From: Mobula hypostoma
Taxonomy: Eukaryota
Direction of reading: 5' to 3'
Assembly (NCBI RefSeq): GCF_963921235.1
Contig: NC_086109.1
Coordinates: forward strand, 35,776,001-35,840,000
DNA: 64,000 bases
Part shown: in pieces, positions 53,218 through 64,000 of the stretch
Numbering within the stretch: position 1 is the first letter of the stretch
How the letters are laid out: each line of letters opens with the position of its first letter
The notes under the pieces: model-generated
Told to the model about the DNA's origin: nothing
The model's input: the letters and a program-made list of their open reading frames with translations, nothing else
Database searches by the model: none
Program-made: the position numbers and the translations under genes

Positions 53218-53496
53218 TGTGTGTGTGTGAGATACTTTTATAACCTTTCAAAAACCGGTCCTGTCACGCAGTGTCTGCCCTGCCTAAGCATGCCCGGACA
53301 AGATAGAAAACGTTTCAGGTTACATTGTTGGCAACATTTTAATTGACTTGAATTATGAATTGAAATAACAAACATAGGCAATTACAAAAATATGTTGTGT
53401 ACATGATAGAGAAATTTCATGGTAACTTTCATGGTCAGCAGCCTGAAATCCATAAAGTACACCCTCTTCAGGAAGCAAAACCTTTGTTGTCCAGTG
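52509..53496 (-). mobile_element. Non-autonomous DNA transposon (TcMar-ISRm11-like), with transposase N-terminal remnant
   Basis: Perfect 12-bp TIR CACTGGACAACA / TGTTGTCCAGTG; TTA on both sides (52506-08, 53497-99). ORF 52755-53054 FCYIRGEY..YGLYFGCEIGDQVKTWAPH. Confidence 0.75.
53186..53229. repeat. (TG)n microsatellite
   Basis: About 22 TG units with one TA interruption. Confidence 0.95.
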
Positions 53497-56259
53497 TTAT
53501 ATGTCCATAAAGTAGATGCTAGGTACAGGAATAACTGTAAATAGTATGACTGAAAGGAAATAATAAAGCAGAGGAGGTGGGGAGTGTGGTGGGGTGGGTT
53601 AGTGAGTGGAGCCGTTGATTCACTTTGCTCCTTGTGGAAAGTAACTGTTTTTGGGTCTGGTGTTACTGACATTGATGCTACGTAGCCTCCTTCTTGATGG
53701 GTGTGGGACAAACAGTCTATGAGCAGGGTAGGTGGGTATCTTTATGATGTTGCTGGCCTTTATCTAGAACCTTTCTGAATATATCTCCTTGATGACAGGT
53801 AGGGTAGTACTAGTAATGCTTTGGGCAGAGTTGACTCCCCATTGTAAACCTTCCTGTCTGCCGCAGTGTAGTTTCCATACCATATAGTGATGCAGCATGT
53901 TAGGGTGCTCTCTACTGCACATCTATAGAAGGTCATGAGAATTGATGTGCATAGTCCAGCTCTCATCTGCCTCCTCAGAAAGTAGAGGTGTTGGTGAGAT
54001 TTCTTGATTGTGTAGAATGTGACCTGGGACCATAAGACATTCCGCAAGATACGCAATCCCAGGAAAGGAAACTCACAGTTTCCACAGCTCTATTGCTAAT
54101 GTTCTACATTTAAAGTAAATTTATTATCAGCGTACATATATGACACCAAATTCAACCTTGAGATTCATTTTCTTCAGAGCATACACAATAAATCCATGAT
54201 AGAATAACAACCATAACTAAATCAATGAAAGACCACTTGGGCATTCAGCCAGATTGCAAAAGGCAAAAAACACTGCAAGTACAAGAAGAAGTGGGTCCAC
54301 AGGTTGTGGGAACATTTCAATGGTCTGGTGGTCCTGGCGTTGATAAAGAGGGTGTGAGTGATGCCGGTTCTCCTAATGTCGAACTAGCTCTTTGTCTTGT
54401 TGATACTGAGGAAGAGGTTATTTGCCTAGCACCAGGCCTTGAACTCTTCCACCTCCTCTCTGAGGTGATGAGATGAAGCCGTCTCATCATTGTTAGTGAT
54501 ATTGGCAAACGTGCCAATGTCATTACTCAGTTGTGCATTCTGACTATTTGAAGCCTGCTGGTTAGCAAGTCGTACACTTCATTGCAAAGTGGTGTATTAA
54601 CACTGAGGAGTATGAGTTTGTTCACCAAAGTCTGTGGGACAAGAGTGTTGAATGTCAAACTGAAATCCAGAAATGGCGCTTTGCCATATGCGTCCTGTTT
54701 CCTAGGTGCGTGACAGATGATTCGGCATCTGTTGTAGTGCAGTTCTGTTGGTAAGCATATTGGTGTGTGTCCAATGTGGCAGGAATAGAGTTTGTGACTT
54801 GTGCCATTATCAGCCGTTCAAAGCACTTCATAATGATTGGTGTCAAAGCCACCAGGTAGTAGTTGTGTAGTTCTGAAGGTGTAGAGTTCTTTGGTAGAGG
54901 GATGATGGTAGCTGATTAAAAGGGTTCTGGATTGGCCGTGAGATGATTGTTCCTGAGGTACCAACATCACCTACACACTTACAGATGTAGCCAGTGACAG
55001 AGGAGGCATTTTCCTTGAGAGGCATCTTTCTTCTCCACTTGTAGTGGCCTCCTTGAGCATCTGCCAATAGTCCATTCAAAACAGTCCTGAAGCATAGAGA
55101 TTGCCTCATTAGATCATACATTTGTGGTTCTCTTGACTGGTTTCTCTGTTTTCAGTAGCGGTTGGTTTGCTGGGATTAACATTATGGAGATGTGGTCAAA
55201 CAGGCCAAGTGAGGGTGTGGATTGGCTTTGTAAGCATCGTATCTGTTTGTTCCCCTAGTGACCATGGTGATATGCTGGTGGAATTTGAGTAAAATGTCCT
55301 ACAGGGTAATGTGATTGAAATCTCCTGCAATTATGAAGAGACTGTCTGAATGCTTGTTTTGTGAAAAACTGATTATAGTATATATCTCTCCCATTGCATC
55401 CATGGTGTTCATGCCCAGGGTGATGTAAACAGTGGTGATGGATAAAACAGTTAAATCTCTGAGCAGGTGATGTGTCCAGCATTTAATTGTATGTTGTTCA
55501 GTCTCTGTTCAATTGTTACAGAACAGAGACTGTTGACTACCAGTGAGTTCATGCATCAAGCTTTATTTATGAATACACGGAGTCCACTTCCTTTGAATTT
55601 CCCCAGCGAGAGGAAGTTCCTATCTGCACTGTCAAGCTGAAACACCGAATCAGGCCTGTTGTTGTTTATCCACATTTCAGTGAAAACCAGAATGCAGCAG
55701 GTTCTCATCTACTTCTATTTGTTCTTTCTCAGTCTCAGTGAGCCCATTTTATTATCTAGCAAGCAGATGTTGACCAGCAAAAGTCTGGCCAAGATAGCTC
55801 TCAGCCTAGCCACTACCATGGCTTTTCCGCCATGTTTCTTGCATTGCCTGCGTCTGCTGCTCCCTTGCCTGAGCTGCCTAGGCCAGGTCACTGTCACTGT
55901 GCCTGGCGATCGTAGAGTCACTAGTCTGCTGAGCACTACCGCTAACTCTGCTGCCAATGTATTAGAAGTAATTTTGTCTAAGTATTCAGTGGTGCTTAAT
56001 CATGGAGCTTTATTTGACTGAATTCCCAGAATTAATGAGAGGAAGTAAATGCTCAAAAGGCCCGAATTTGGTCAGAACACAATTCCTGTTCATTTCCCAC
56101 TAAAAAAGAATACAATTTCTGATGATACACTGATGCAACAGAGTGTTAAATTCCAAGGAAGATGGTGGTTGTAAAATATTCGATCAAAGTAAAAATAACT
56201 TCCAAATTCTGAACATCAATGGATAGCAATATTAGATCCAAACAAATATATATTTGTCT

Positions 56260-56680
56260 CTTCTTCTGAGGCTGTCCCTGAGGATTGAAGATGACTTCTG
56301 TTCACTCAAGTTCTGATGTGACCGATGAGGCCAGTTTTGGAACCATTGACTCATTCACAAATGGGCCAGGAAGTACCTGATGGGCAGATGGATGCTATGC
56401 CCCTTCCACTGCTCTCAATGGTCTTCACGATAAATGGACTTGAGGTTCTCAATATCATTCCAAGTGCTCATTCTCCACTTTGGCTGGTCAGGAATTCTCA
56501 GGAGTTAGTGGGATTTGCATGGCTTTCAAAAACAATTTGATAACATTCTTGATTTTTTTTTCCTCCATTAGATCAAACTCTATTGAAGCATCAGTGAATC
56601 TGGAACATTTGCTTGACACAACGTTGGTGTCACCTTTCCAGTAGCTTGCAGAAGTCCACACCTCAGAACCATATCAAAAA
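56260..56680 (-). mobile_element. Decayed RTE-like LINE fragment
   Basis: TTCTTCTGAGGCTGTCCC...GAAGATGACTT end and GTCCACACCTCAGAACCATA (YGSEVWT on -). Confidence 0.45.
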
Positions 56681-59605
56681 GAGCAAAAGTATATTTACCT
56701 ACAACATAAAGGAAGTCATTTAGTCCATGACTTGCATGCTGATTCTTAGAACAATCCCAAGAGTGCTATTCTTTGTCTTGCTTTTCAGTAACCTGTTCTC
56801 TTCGATGTGCACTAACACTTCTAGCATCCACCTAAAATAAGCATAATTTACATTTACCACGCCACCAACAATCAGTGTATCTTTTGGCGTGCGAGGAGAA
56901 AATGGACCACCCAGAGTGGAATCCCATGTTGTCATGAGAAGAATGTGAACATTTCACACTTCACACTGAATCTGGATCACTGGAGATATGAGATAGTGAC
57001 ATGAACCTGTCCGCCATCTGCAAATCCCCATGATAATCAGGAGATTATCATGGAAAAATGTATAAATAATTATTTTTTAAAACTGCAATACAAAGTAATA
57101 ATACATTTAAATAAAATGATTGGTTTTAGAAATAAGTTAAAGAGATAAATTTGTTTTGATTAACATCAGATAGTAAATTCAAGCTGCAAAGTTGGCTATC
57201 CCATACAGTTTACTGTAGCTGTACCTGGACTTTTGGCTTTTTCTGGAGGCACAATCAAATTGAGAGAGGAGGCTACACAATAGTCGGGGTGAGAGAATTA
57301 ATAAGAAGCATTTGTGGGCTTTTGTTTTTTTTCCCTCTTTTAACAGAAATTTACCCATATCTAGTTTGTTTCTTCTTCTTCATTTTTTGTTAGTGTATAG
57401 TTAGTGCAGGGAGAATAGCTCCACAGACTGTGATGTGTTCTTTGTGTGAGATGTGGGATTTCTGGGACACCTTCAGCTTCTTGGAGAACCATGTCTGCTC
57501 CAGGTGCACCGTGCTGCATTTCCTCAGAGAATGTAGTAAGGAACTGGAGCTGCAGCTCGAAGATGTTCGGCTCATATGGGAACTGAGGGGGTGATAGATA
57601 GGAACTAAAGGTAGTCACTCCTCAGTTGCAGGAGATAGGTACCTTGATGACTGTTGGGAAAAATGAAAGGAAGTGGGAAGCCAGTGTAGAGTACCCCTGT
57701 GGTCTTTGCCCTCAATAGGTATATTGTTGAGGAGGTGGCCTAACTGGGGGGGGGGCGGGGGGTGTTGCTGAAGCAACCAGGACTCTAGCACTGTGGCTCA
57801 GAAGGAAAAGGGGAAAAGGGGGAAGAAGAGGACTGTAATAATGATGATGGATTACATCGTTTGAAGAGTAGACATGAGATTCTGTGGACGTCATATAGAG
57901 ACACATGGATGGTATATTGCATTCCTGGTGCCAGGGTCGGGGGTGTCTTGTGTCACGTCCAGAGAATTCTACATTGAGAGGGCGAGCAGCCAGAAGTCTT
58001 GGTAAATATTGGTACCGATTACTTGGGTAGGAAAAGAGAGGAGATCCTAACGAGAGAATTTATGGAGTTTGGTGAAAAGCACTGTAGTAATCTTCAGAAT
58101 ACTGCCTGTACCATGCACCAGTAAGGATAAGAATTGGATATCTTGGCAGGTGACTGGCTGAGGAACTGGTGCAGGAGGCAGGGCTTCAGATTTCATGATC
58201 ATTGGGATCTCTTCTGGGGAAGGTATAACCTGCACAAAATAGATGAGTTACACCTGAACCTGAAGGGGATAAACATCCTTTTGGGCATGTTTTCTAGAAC
58301 TGTTGATGGGGGCTTAAACTAAACTGGCAGGGGATTGGGAATCAGAGTGATGGGGCAGTTGATATACAAGTAGATGCAGTGTGCAGTGAGATTGGCACTC
58401 AGTAGGATGATTTGCAGTGTAATATGGGGACAAAATCAAAAAGGGTGAAGAATTCAAGGCAAAAGGTGTTATATTTGAATGCACGCTGTATATGCAATAA
58501 TGTTGATCATCTTGTTGCGCAGTTAGAGATTGGTAGGTATAACATTGTGGGCATCATTGAGTCATGCCTGAAAGGGGATCATAGTTGGAAATTTAACATC
58601 CAAAAGTACACATTGTTTTGGAAAGACAGGCAGGCAGGCAGGTGAGACAGAGGGGCTGGGTTGGCTCTATAAGTAAAACTGAAATCAAATCCATAGAAAC
58701 AGATAGTAATATCGGTCAAAGAAATGGCAGGTGAACTTTATAAGTATTTTGCATCTGTCTTTACTGTATGCCGGAAATTCAAGAGTATCAGGGGGCAGAA
58801 GTGAGTGTAATAGCTATTACTGGACAGAAGGTGATTGGGAAACTGAAAAACCTGAGGTAGGTATGTCAAGGTATGTGAACCAGATAGATTACACCTCAGG
58901 GTTCTGAAAGAGGTATCTGAAGAAATTATAGGGGCATCTTTCGAGAATCACTAAATGAATCCATAGGACTGGAAAATTGCAAATGTCACCTCAAGGGACG
59001 GAGGCAGAAGTAAGGACATTATAGGCCAGTAAGCCCGACCTCAGGTGTTGGGAAGATGCTGGAGTCGAGTGTTAAGGACAAAGTCTCAGGGTACTTGGAG
59101 GCACAAAATAAAATAGGTCAATGTCAGCATGGTTTCTAGAAGAGAAAAATTTGCCTGACAAATTGGTTGGCAACCTTCAAGGAAATAACAAGCAGGATAA
59201 ATGAAGGAGGATTGGTGGATGGTGTGTACTTAGATTTTCAGAAGGCCTTTAACAAGATACCACACATGAGGTTGTTAAGCAAGGTAAGAGCCCATGGTAT
59301 TACAGGAAAGATACCAGCATGGATCAAGGATTATCTGATTGCAGGGGGCAAAGAGTGGGAATAAACAAAATCTTTACTGGTTGGCTGACAGCAAATAGCA
59401 GTGGTCTGCGGGGGTCTGTGTTGGGACCATTATTTTTATGTTATATATCAGTTAATTGGATAATGGAATTGATGGGTTGGTTGCCAAGTTTGTGGACGAT
59501 ATGAAGATAGGTGGAGGGGAAGTTAGATTTGAGGAAACAGAGAGGCTGCAGAAGTACTTAGACAGATTGCAAAAATGGGTTGAGAAGTGATGGATGGAAT
59601 ACAGT

Positions 59606-59817
59606 AAGCAACAGGAATTCTGCAGATGCTGGAAATTCAAGCAACACACATCAAAGTTGCTGGTGAACGCAGCAGGCCAGGCAGCATCTGTAGGAAGAGG
59701 TGCAGTCGACGTTTCAGGTCGAGTCCTGACGAAGGGTCTCGGCCTGAAACGTCGACTGCACCTCTTCCTACAGATGCTGCCCGGCCTGCTGCGTTCACCA
59801 GCAACTTTGATGTGTGT
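59606..59817. mobile_element. 212-bp fold-back Penelope terminal-repeat insertion
   Basis: 15-bp TSD TGGATGGAATACAGT (59591-605, 59818-832); 82-bp inverted arms 59642-59723 / 59738-59819 with 2 differences. Confidence 0.9.
59722..59757 (+). ncRNA. Minimal type I hammerhead ribozyme motif
   Basis: AGUC CUGACGA AGG GUCUCGG CCU GAAAC GUC^GACU; predicted cut after 59753. Confidence 0.78.
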
Positions 59818-60073
59818 TGGATGGAATACAGTGTTAGGAAGTGTATGCTCATGCATGCTGGTAGAAGAAAGGAAAGCCCAGTCTATTTTCTAAACTGGCA
59901 GAAAATTCAAATATCCGTGCACAGGATTACCTATAATTAACTTGCAGGTTGAGACTGTGGTGAGGAAGGCAAGTGTAATGTTAGCATTCATGACAAGATG
60001 ACTTGAATATAAATGCAAGGATCTAACGCTGGTGTGACACTGGTGAGAGGTCACTTGAAGTATTGCGAGCAGA

Positions 60074-60737
60074 TTTACTTTACTCTACTTTACTTTATAC
60101 TTTATTGTCGCCAAACAACTGATACTAGAACGTACAATCATCACAGCGATATTTGATTCTAGGCTTCCCGCTCCCTGGAGTACAAATCAATAGTAAATAT
60201 TAAAAATTTAAATTATAAATCATAAATAGAAAATAGAAAATGGAAAGTAAGGTAGTGCAAAAAAACCGAGAGGCAGGTCCGGATATTTGGAGGTTACGGC
60301 CCAGATCCGGGTCAGGATCCATTCAGCAGTCTTATCACAGTTGGAAAGAAGCTGTTCCCAAATCTGGCCATATGAGTCTTCGAGCTCCTGAGCCTTCTCC
60401 CAGAGGGAAGAGGGACGAAAGGTGTGTTACTGGGTAGGTCTTGTCCTTGATTACCCTGGCAGCACTGCTCCGACAGCATGCGGTGTAAAGTGGGTCCAAG
60501 GATGGAAGATTGGCTTGTGTGATGTGCTGGGCTGTGTTCATGTTCTTCTGCAGCTTCTTCTGGTCTTGGATAGGACAACTTCCATACCAGGTTGTGATGC
60601 ACCCTAGAAGAATGCTTTCTACGGTGCATCTATAAAAATTAGTGAGGGTTTTAGGGGACAGGCCAAATTTCTTTATCTTCCTCAGGAAGTAAAGGCGCTG
60701 GTGGGCCTTCTTGCCAGTGGACTCTGCTTGGTTGGAC
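60074..60737 (-). mobile_element. Rex1/Babar-type LINE 3' fragment nested in CR1
   Basis: (TTTAC)n tail; ..LPSGRRLRS.KT..ARFGNSFFPTVIRLLN* C-terminus. Confidence 0.85.
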
Positions 60738-61284
60738 CCTTATCTAAGAAGGGATGTGCTGACATTGGAAAGAGTTCAGAGGAGGTTCACAAGAATGATT
60801 CCAGGAATGAAAGGGTTATTGTCTGAGGAGTGTTTGATGGCTCTGGGCCTGTACTCCCTGGAACTTTGAAGACTGAGGGATATTCTTATCGATACCTGTT
60901 GAATGTTGAAAGGCCTCAATAAAGTTGATGTGGAGAGGATTTTTCCTATTATGGGGGAGTCTAGGACCAGAGGGCACAGCCTCAGAATAAGGGATATCCA
61001 TTTAGAATGGAGTTGATGAGGAATTTCTTTAGCCAGAGGGTGGTGAATCTGTGGAAGTCATTGCTACAGGCAACTGTGGAAGCCTGGTCATTGGGTGTAT
61101 TTAAGTTGGAGATCGATTGGTTCTTGATTAGTCAGACTGTGAAAGGCTGTGGTGAGAAGGCAGGAGAATGGGTGGAGAAGGACAATGGATCGGCATTGAT
61201 GAAATTACTGAGCAGATTCAATGGGCTGAATGGCCTAATCTCCTCTTATCTGTTGTGAACTTCTGGTCTTATACTGGTGTATGC

Positions 61285-63400
61285 AAGATTTCAGATTTTC
61301 AAGATTGTTAATGTAAATGTCAATATGCTAGTATAAAGGAGAACAAAATAATTGCTACTCCAGGTCTGATGCTATGTAGTACATAAAAATCGTACTAAGA
61401 TAAAGATCACAATATTAAAAATAATCACAATATTAAAAATAACAGATAGCTTATATACATAGATTAATTATAGCTTTATATACTGACACTAAGTGCGGGA
61501 GTATCTGCACATATGGTGACTGAGAGGAAATGATTAAGTAGTGGTGGTGGGGTGGGATAGTGCGTTAAGCTGTTGATCAGCCTTATTACTTGGGGAAAGT
61601 AACTATTATTGAACCTGCTGGATTTAGCATGGATGCTACATTGCCTCCTCCCTGTTGGGAGTGAAATGTCTCTACCCAAAACGTTGCCTATACTCTTTGC
61701 AATAGATGCTGCCTGGCCTGGTGAGGTCCTCCAGCATTTTGTGTCTGTTGGTTGGATTTCCAGCATCTTCAGATTTTCTCTTTGTGAGTCCATGAGCAAG
61801 ACGTGTTGGATTCTTCATGATATTCCTAGTCTTTTTCTGGCACTGTTCTATATATATATCTTTAATGGTGGGTAGGCTAGTGCCAGTGATGCACTGGGAG
61901 TTTTAACCACCTGTGTTTAAGTCTTCCTGTCTATGAAATGATGCAGCATACAGGTGTCCCCCGCTTTTCGAACGTTGGCTTTACGAAACTTCACTGCTAC
62001 GAAAGACCTACATTAGTACCCAGTTTTCGCTTTCAGAACGTGTTTTCACTGTTACGAAAAAACAATTCAGCGCGTGAAAAAATCAGCACGTGATAAAAGG
62101 CAGCGCGCGATAAAAGGCAGCGCGCCCCGAGCAGCCACTCTCCCCCGGATTCAGAAAGGCATTGCTTTAACACGTGCCTGTGAGCAGCTGTTTGCAAGAT
62201 GAGTTCTATGGTATCGGAAAAGCCTGAAAGAGCTCATAATGAAAGAGCTCATAATGAGCTCATTAGAGCTGCCTGCTCTAATGGAAACAGATGACGAGAT
62301 GACACCCCACCACCCCAACCCCCAGGCCACGGACAGATACAGATTTGGGGAGAATGCAAAGTTAGCCGGGAGGCACACAGCACATCTTTAAGAAAAAAGC
62401 CGAAATAAACATGCTAATTAATTAGATGTGCCGACACGTAATTGTCAGCCCAGATCAGAGACGACACCATCAGAAATCGGCACTGATGTGGGCCGACAGT
62501 TATGGGCGGCACCTAATTAATTAACATTTTTGTTTCGGTATTTTTCTTAAAGATGTGCTGTGTACCTCCCGGCTACCGCTGGACCCCTGCATGCTTCGTG
62601 GATCGGTATCGGTTGGTGGCCGGGAGTGTGGGGGCCACTGCACCACCCAAACTCCGACAAGTCTAACACACCATCATCAGTGTGCTCGGCACTGTCCCGG
62701 TTCCAGTAAGTGATACTATACTGTACATACATTATTTCTACTTTATATAGGCTGTGTATTTTTAGGTGTTATTTGGTATGATTTGGCAGCTTCATAGCTT
62801 GAAGGTTACTGGAGAGAGTTTCTTGCCAACAGCGCTTGCGTGAGATTTTCTGCTGACGGTGCTGGCGTGAGATTTTCGCTACGGAGAACAGTTCAATAAT
62901 GATTGTGGAAAAGTATTTCTACTTTATATAGGCTGTGTATTCATCATATCTTTCCTGCTTTTAATATATGTTACTCTTATTTTAGGTTTTATGTGTTATT
63001 TGGCATGATTTGGTAGGTTATTTTTGGCTCAGCAAACGCTCACAAAATTTTCCCATATAAATAAATGGTAATTGCTTCTTCGCTTGACAACATTTCGGCT
63101 TATGAACCATTTCATAGGAATGCTCTACCTTCGGACAGCAGGGAAAACCTGTATTAGGATACTCTCTGTTGGGCACCTGTAGAAGATCATGAGTATTATT
63201 GTTCATAATTCATCACTCTTAGGACTCCTCAAGATGTAGAGGTGTTGGAGAGCTTTCTTGATTGTACAGAATCTGTTCTGGGTCCATGAGAGGTTGTTCG
63301 AGATGTGCACTCCCAGGAGTTTGAAACTGCTCAGTTTCCACTCCTGTGCCACCAATGTAAAGAAGGGTGTGAGTGTTGTGAGTTCTTCTGAAGTCAATAA
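61285..63400 (-). mobile_element. Rex1/Babar-type LINE fragment interrupted by a Penelope end (61675-61785) and a Tigger-like element
   Basis: LPTGRR.CSIHAKSSRFNNSYFPQVIRLIN and SFKLLGVHISNNLSWTQN motifs. Confidence 0.7.
61951..63151. mobile_element. Tigger/pogo-like non-autonomous DNA transposon
   Basis: TA|CAGGTGTCCCCCGCTTTTCGAA ... TTCGGACAGCAGGGAAAACCTG|TA imperfect TIRs with TA TSD; the host LINE resumes across it. Confidence 0.8.
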
Positions 63401-64000
63401 GTCAGAAAGGTGGGGCGCTGGGAGCGGACCCAAATGCGAGACACAGACACTGAAGAACTAGGAACAGGATTTGACTAGAGAGCTGGGACAAGAACATAGA
63501 CTTGGGCTAGGACATAGGCTAGGCAAGCAGGACCAGGAAAAGGAACTGGGAACTAGGTAGCCTGGGCTTGGACTCTGAGCTGGAGACTGGACAAGGACCC
63601 AGAACCTGGGTCTTGACTCAGGTTCGGACCACGGAATAGGCGAGGACATGACGTGGCTACAGGACTGGACATGGCTTTGGTTCCTCGAGGCTTGGGTTTG
63701 GACTCCAAGCCAGAGACCGGACAAGGACCCAGAACTAGGGTCTTGACTCAGGCTTGGACTCTGAAACTAGGCGAAGACATAATGTGGTCTTGGGAGACAG
63801 GACTAGGCGAGGCTACAGGACAGAACGAGAGACTCCTGGGCAGGGTGAGGGAACTCCAGCACAGGATGAGGCACATGGACAGGACGAGGTTCTTGAACAG
63901 GACGAGAGACTCCAGCAGAGGACGAGGGAACTCCAGCAGCGGGCTGGGCAAGAACACAAAGCCTTGATTCGGTCAAGGGAGAGACAGGAATGCAGAGCCT
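63400..64000. mobile_element. LTR-like element with internal tandem repeats, running off the window; inverted relative of 841-1224
   Basis: GTCA-GAAAGGTGGGGCGCTGGGAGCGGACCCAAATGCGAGACACAGACACTGAAG approximates the reverse complement of 1161-1224; repeated GGACAAGGACCCAGAAC..GGTCTTGACTCAGG and ACTCCAGCA units. Confidence 0.7.

Larger units (their letters stand above)
52335..55960 (-). mobile_element. Long decayed Rex1/Babar-type LINE with nested insertions
   Basis: Tail AAGATTCAAGATT; FYRCAVESTLTCCITIWYGN (53760-54056); ALTPIIMKCFERL (54655-54852); endonuclease start LLVNICLLDNKM..LRL (55715-55957). Confidence 0.75.
57400..61270 (+). mobile_element. CR1 LINE, near full-length with internal deletions, two nested insertions
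   Basis: ORF1 C..C/esterase remnants (WLRNWCRRQGFRF..W..DELHLN), endonuclease start LYLNAR.I.N, RT YLDFQKAF.KIPH.RLL, and 3' end NFFSQRVVNLW. Confidence 0.85.
3070..64000 (+). other. GRM4 intron, probably continuing beyond the window
   Basis: Starts at the GTAAGT donor. The expected next exon (..YIQTTTLT.S.SLSASV.LGMLY.PKVY..) is not visible in the ORF track or by eye. Confidence 0.7.

Noticed and set aside
59594..59940. Overlapping ORFs on both strands with near-identical peptides
   Set aside because: Artefact of the 82-bp inverted repeat.
63480..63960. CRISPR-like repeat/spacer array
   Set aside because: Irregular, degenerate tandem units within a eukaryotic LTR-like element; no constant repeat with unique spacers and no cas genes.

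Overview
This is vertebrate genomic DNA. The repeat repertoire suggests a cartilaginous fish, probably a ray; that is an inference. The only host coding sequence is one 936-nt exon (2134-3069, +) of a group III metabotropic glutamate receptor, best matching GRM4, covering the cysteine-rich domain to about TM6. I found no downstream exon, so 3070-64000 is most likely a single intron of more than 60 kb. It is filled with nested transposable elements: CR1 LINEs, Rex1/Babar-type LINEs, Penelope-like GIY-YIG retroelements, tRNA-SINEs, an internally deleted Gmr1-like Gypsy element with both LTRs, an RLE-type (R2/HERO-like) non-LTR fragment, Tc1/mariner-type DNA transposons and a second LTR family. 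The most interesting signal is catalytic RNA. (i) A complete HDV-like double-pseudoknot ribozyme fold (24480-24660) heads a ~550-bp non-coding RTE-type element and lies sense to the GRM4 pre-mRNA. (ii) Several minimal type I hammerhead ribozyme motifs sit in the Penelope terminal repeats. One lies in a 212-bp, TSD-flanked insertion that is almost entirely a hairpin capped by the hammerhead. All calls were made by eye. Family names rest on recalled motifs, not database searches, and the boundaries of old repeats are approximate.
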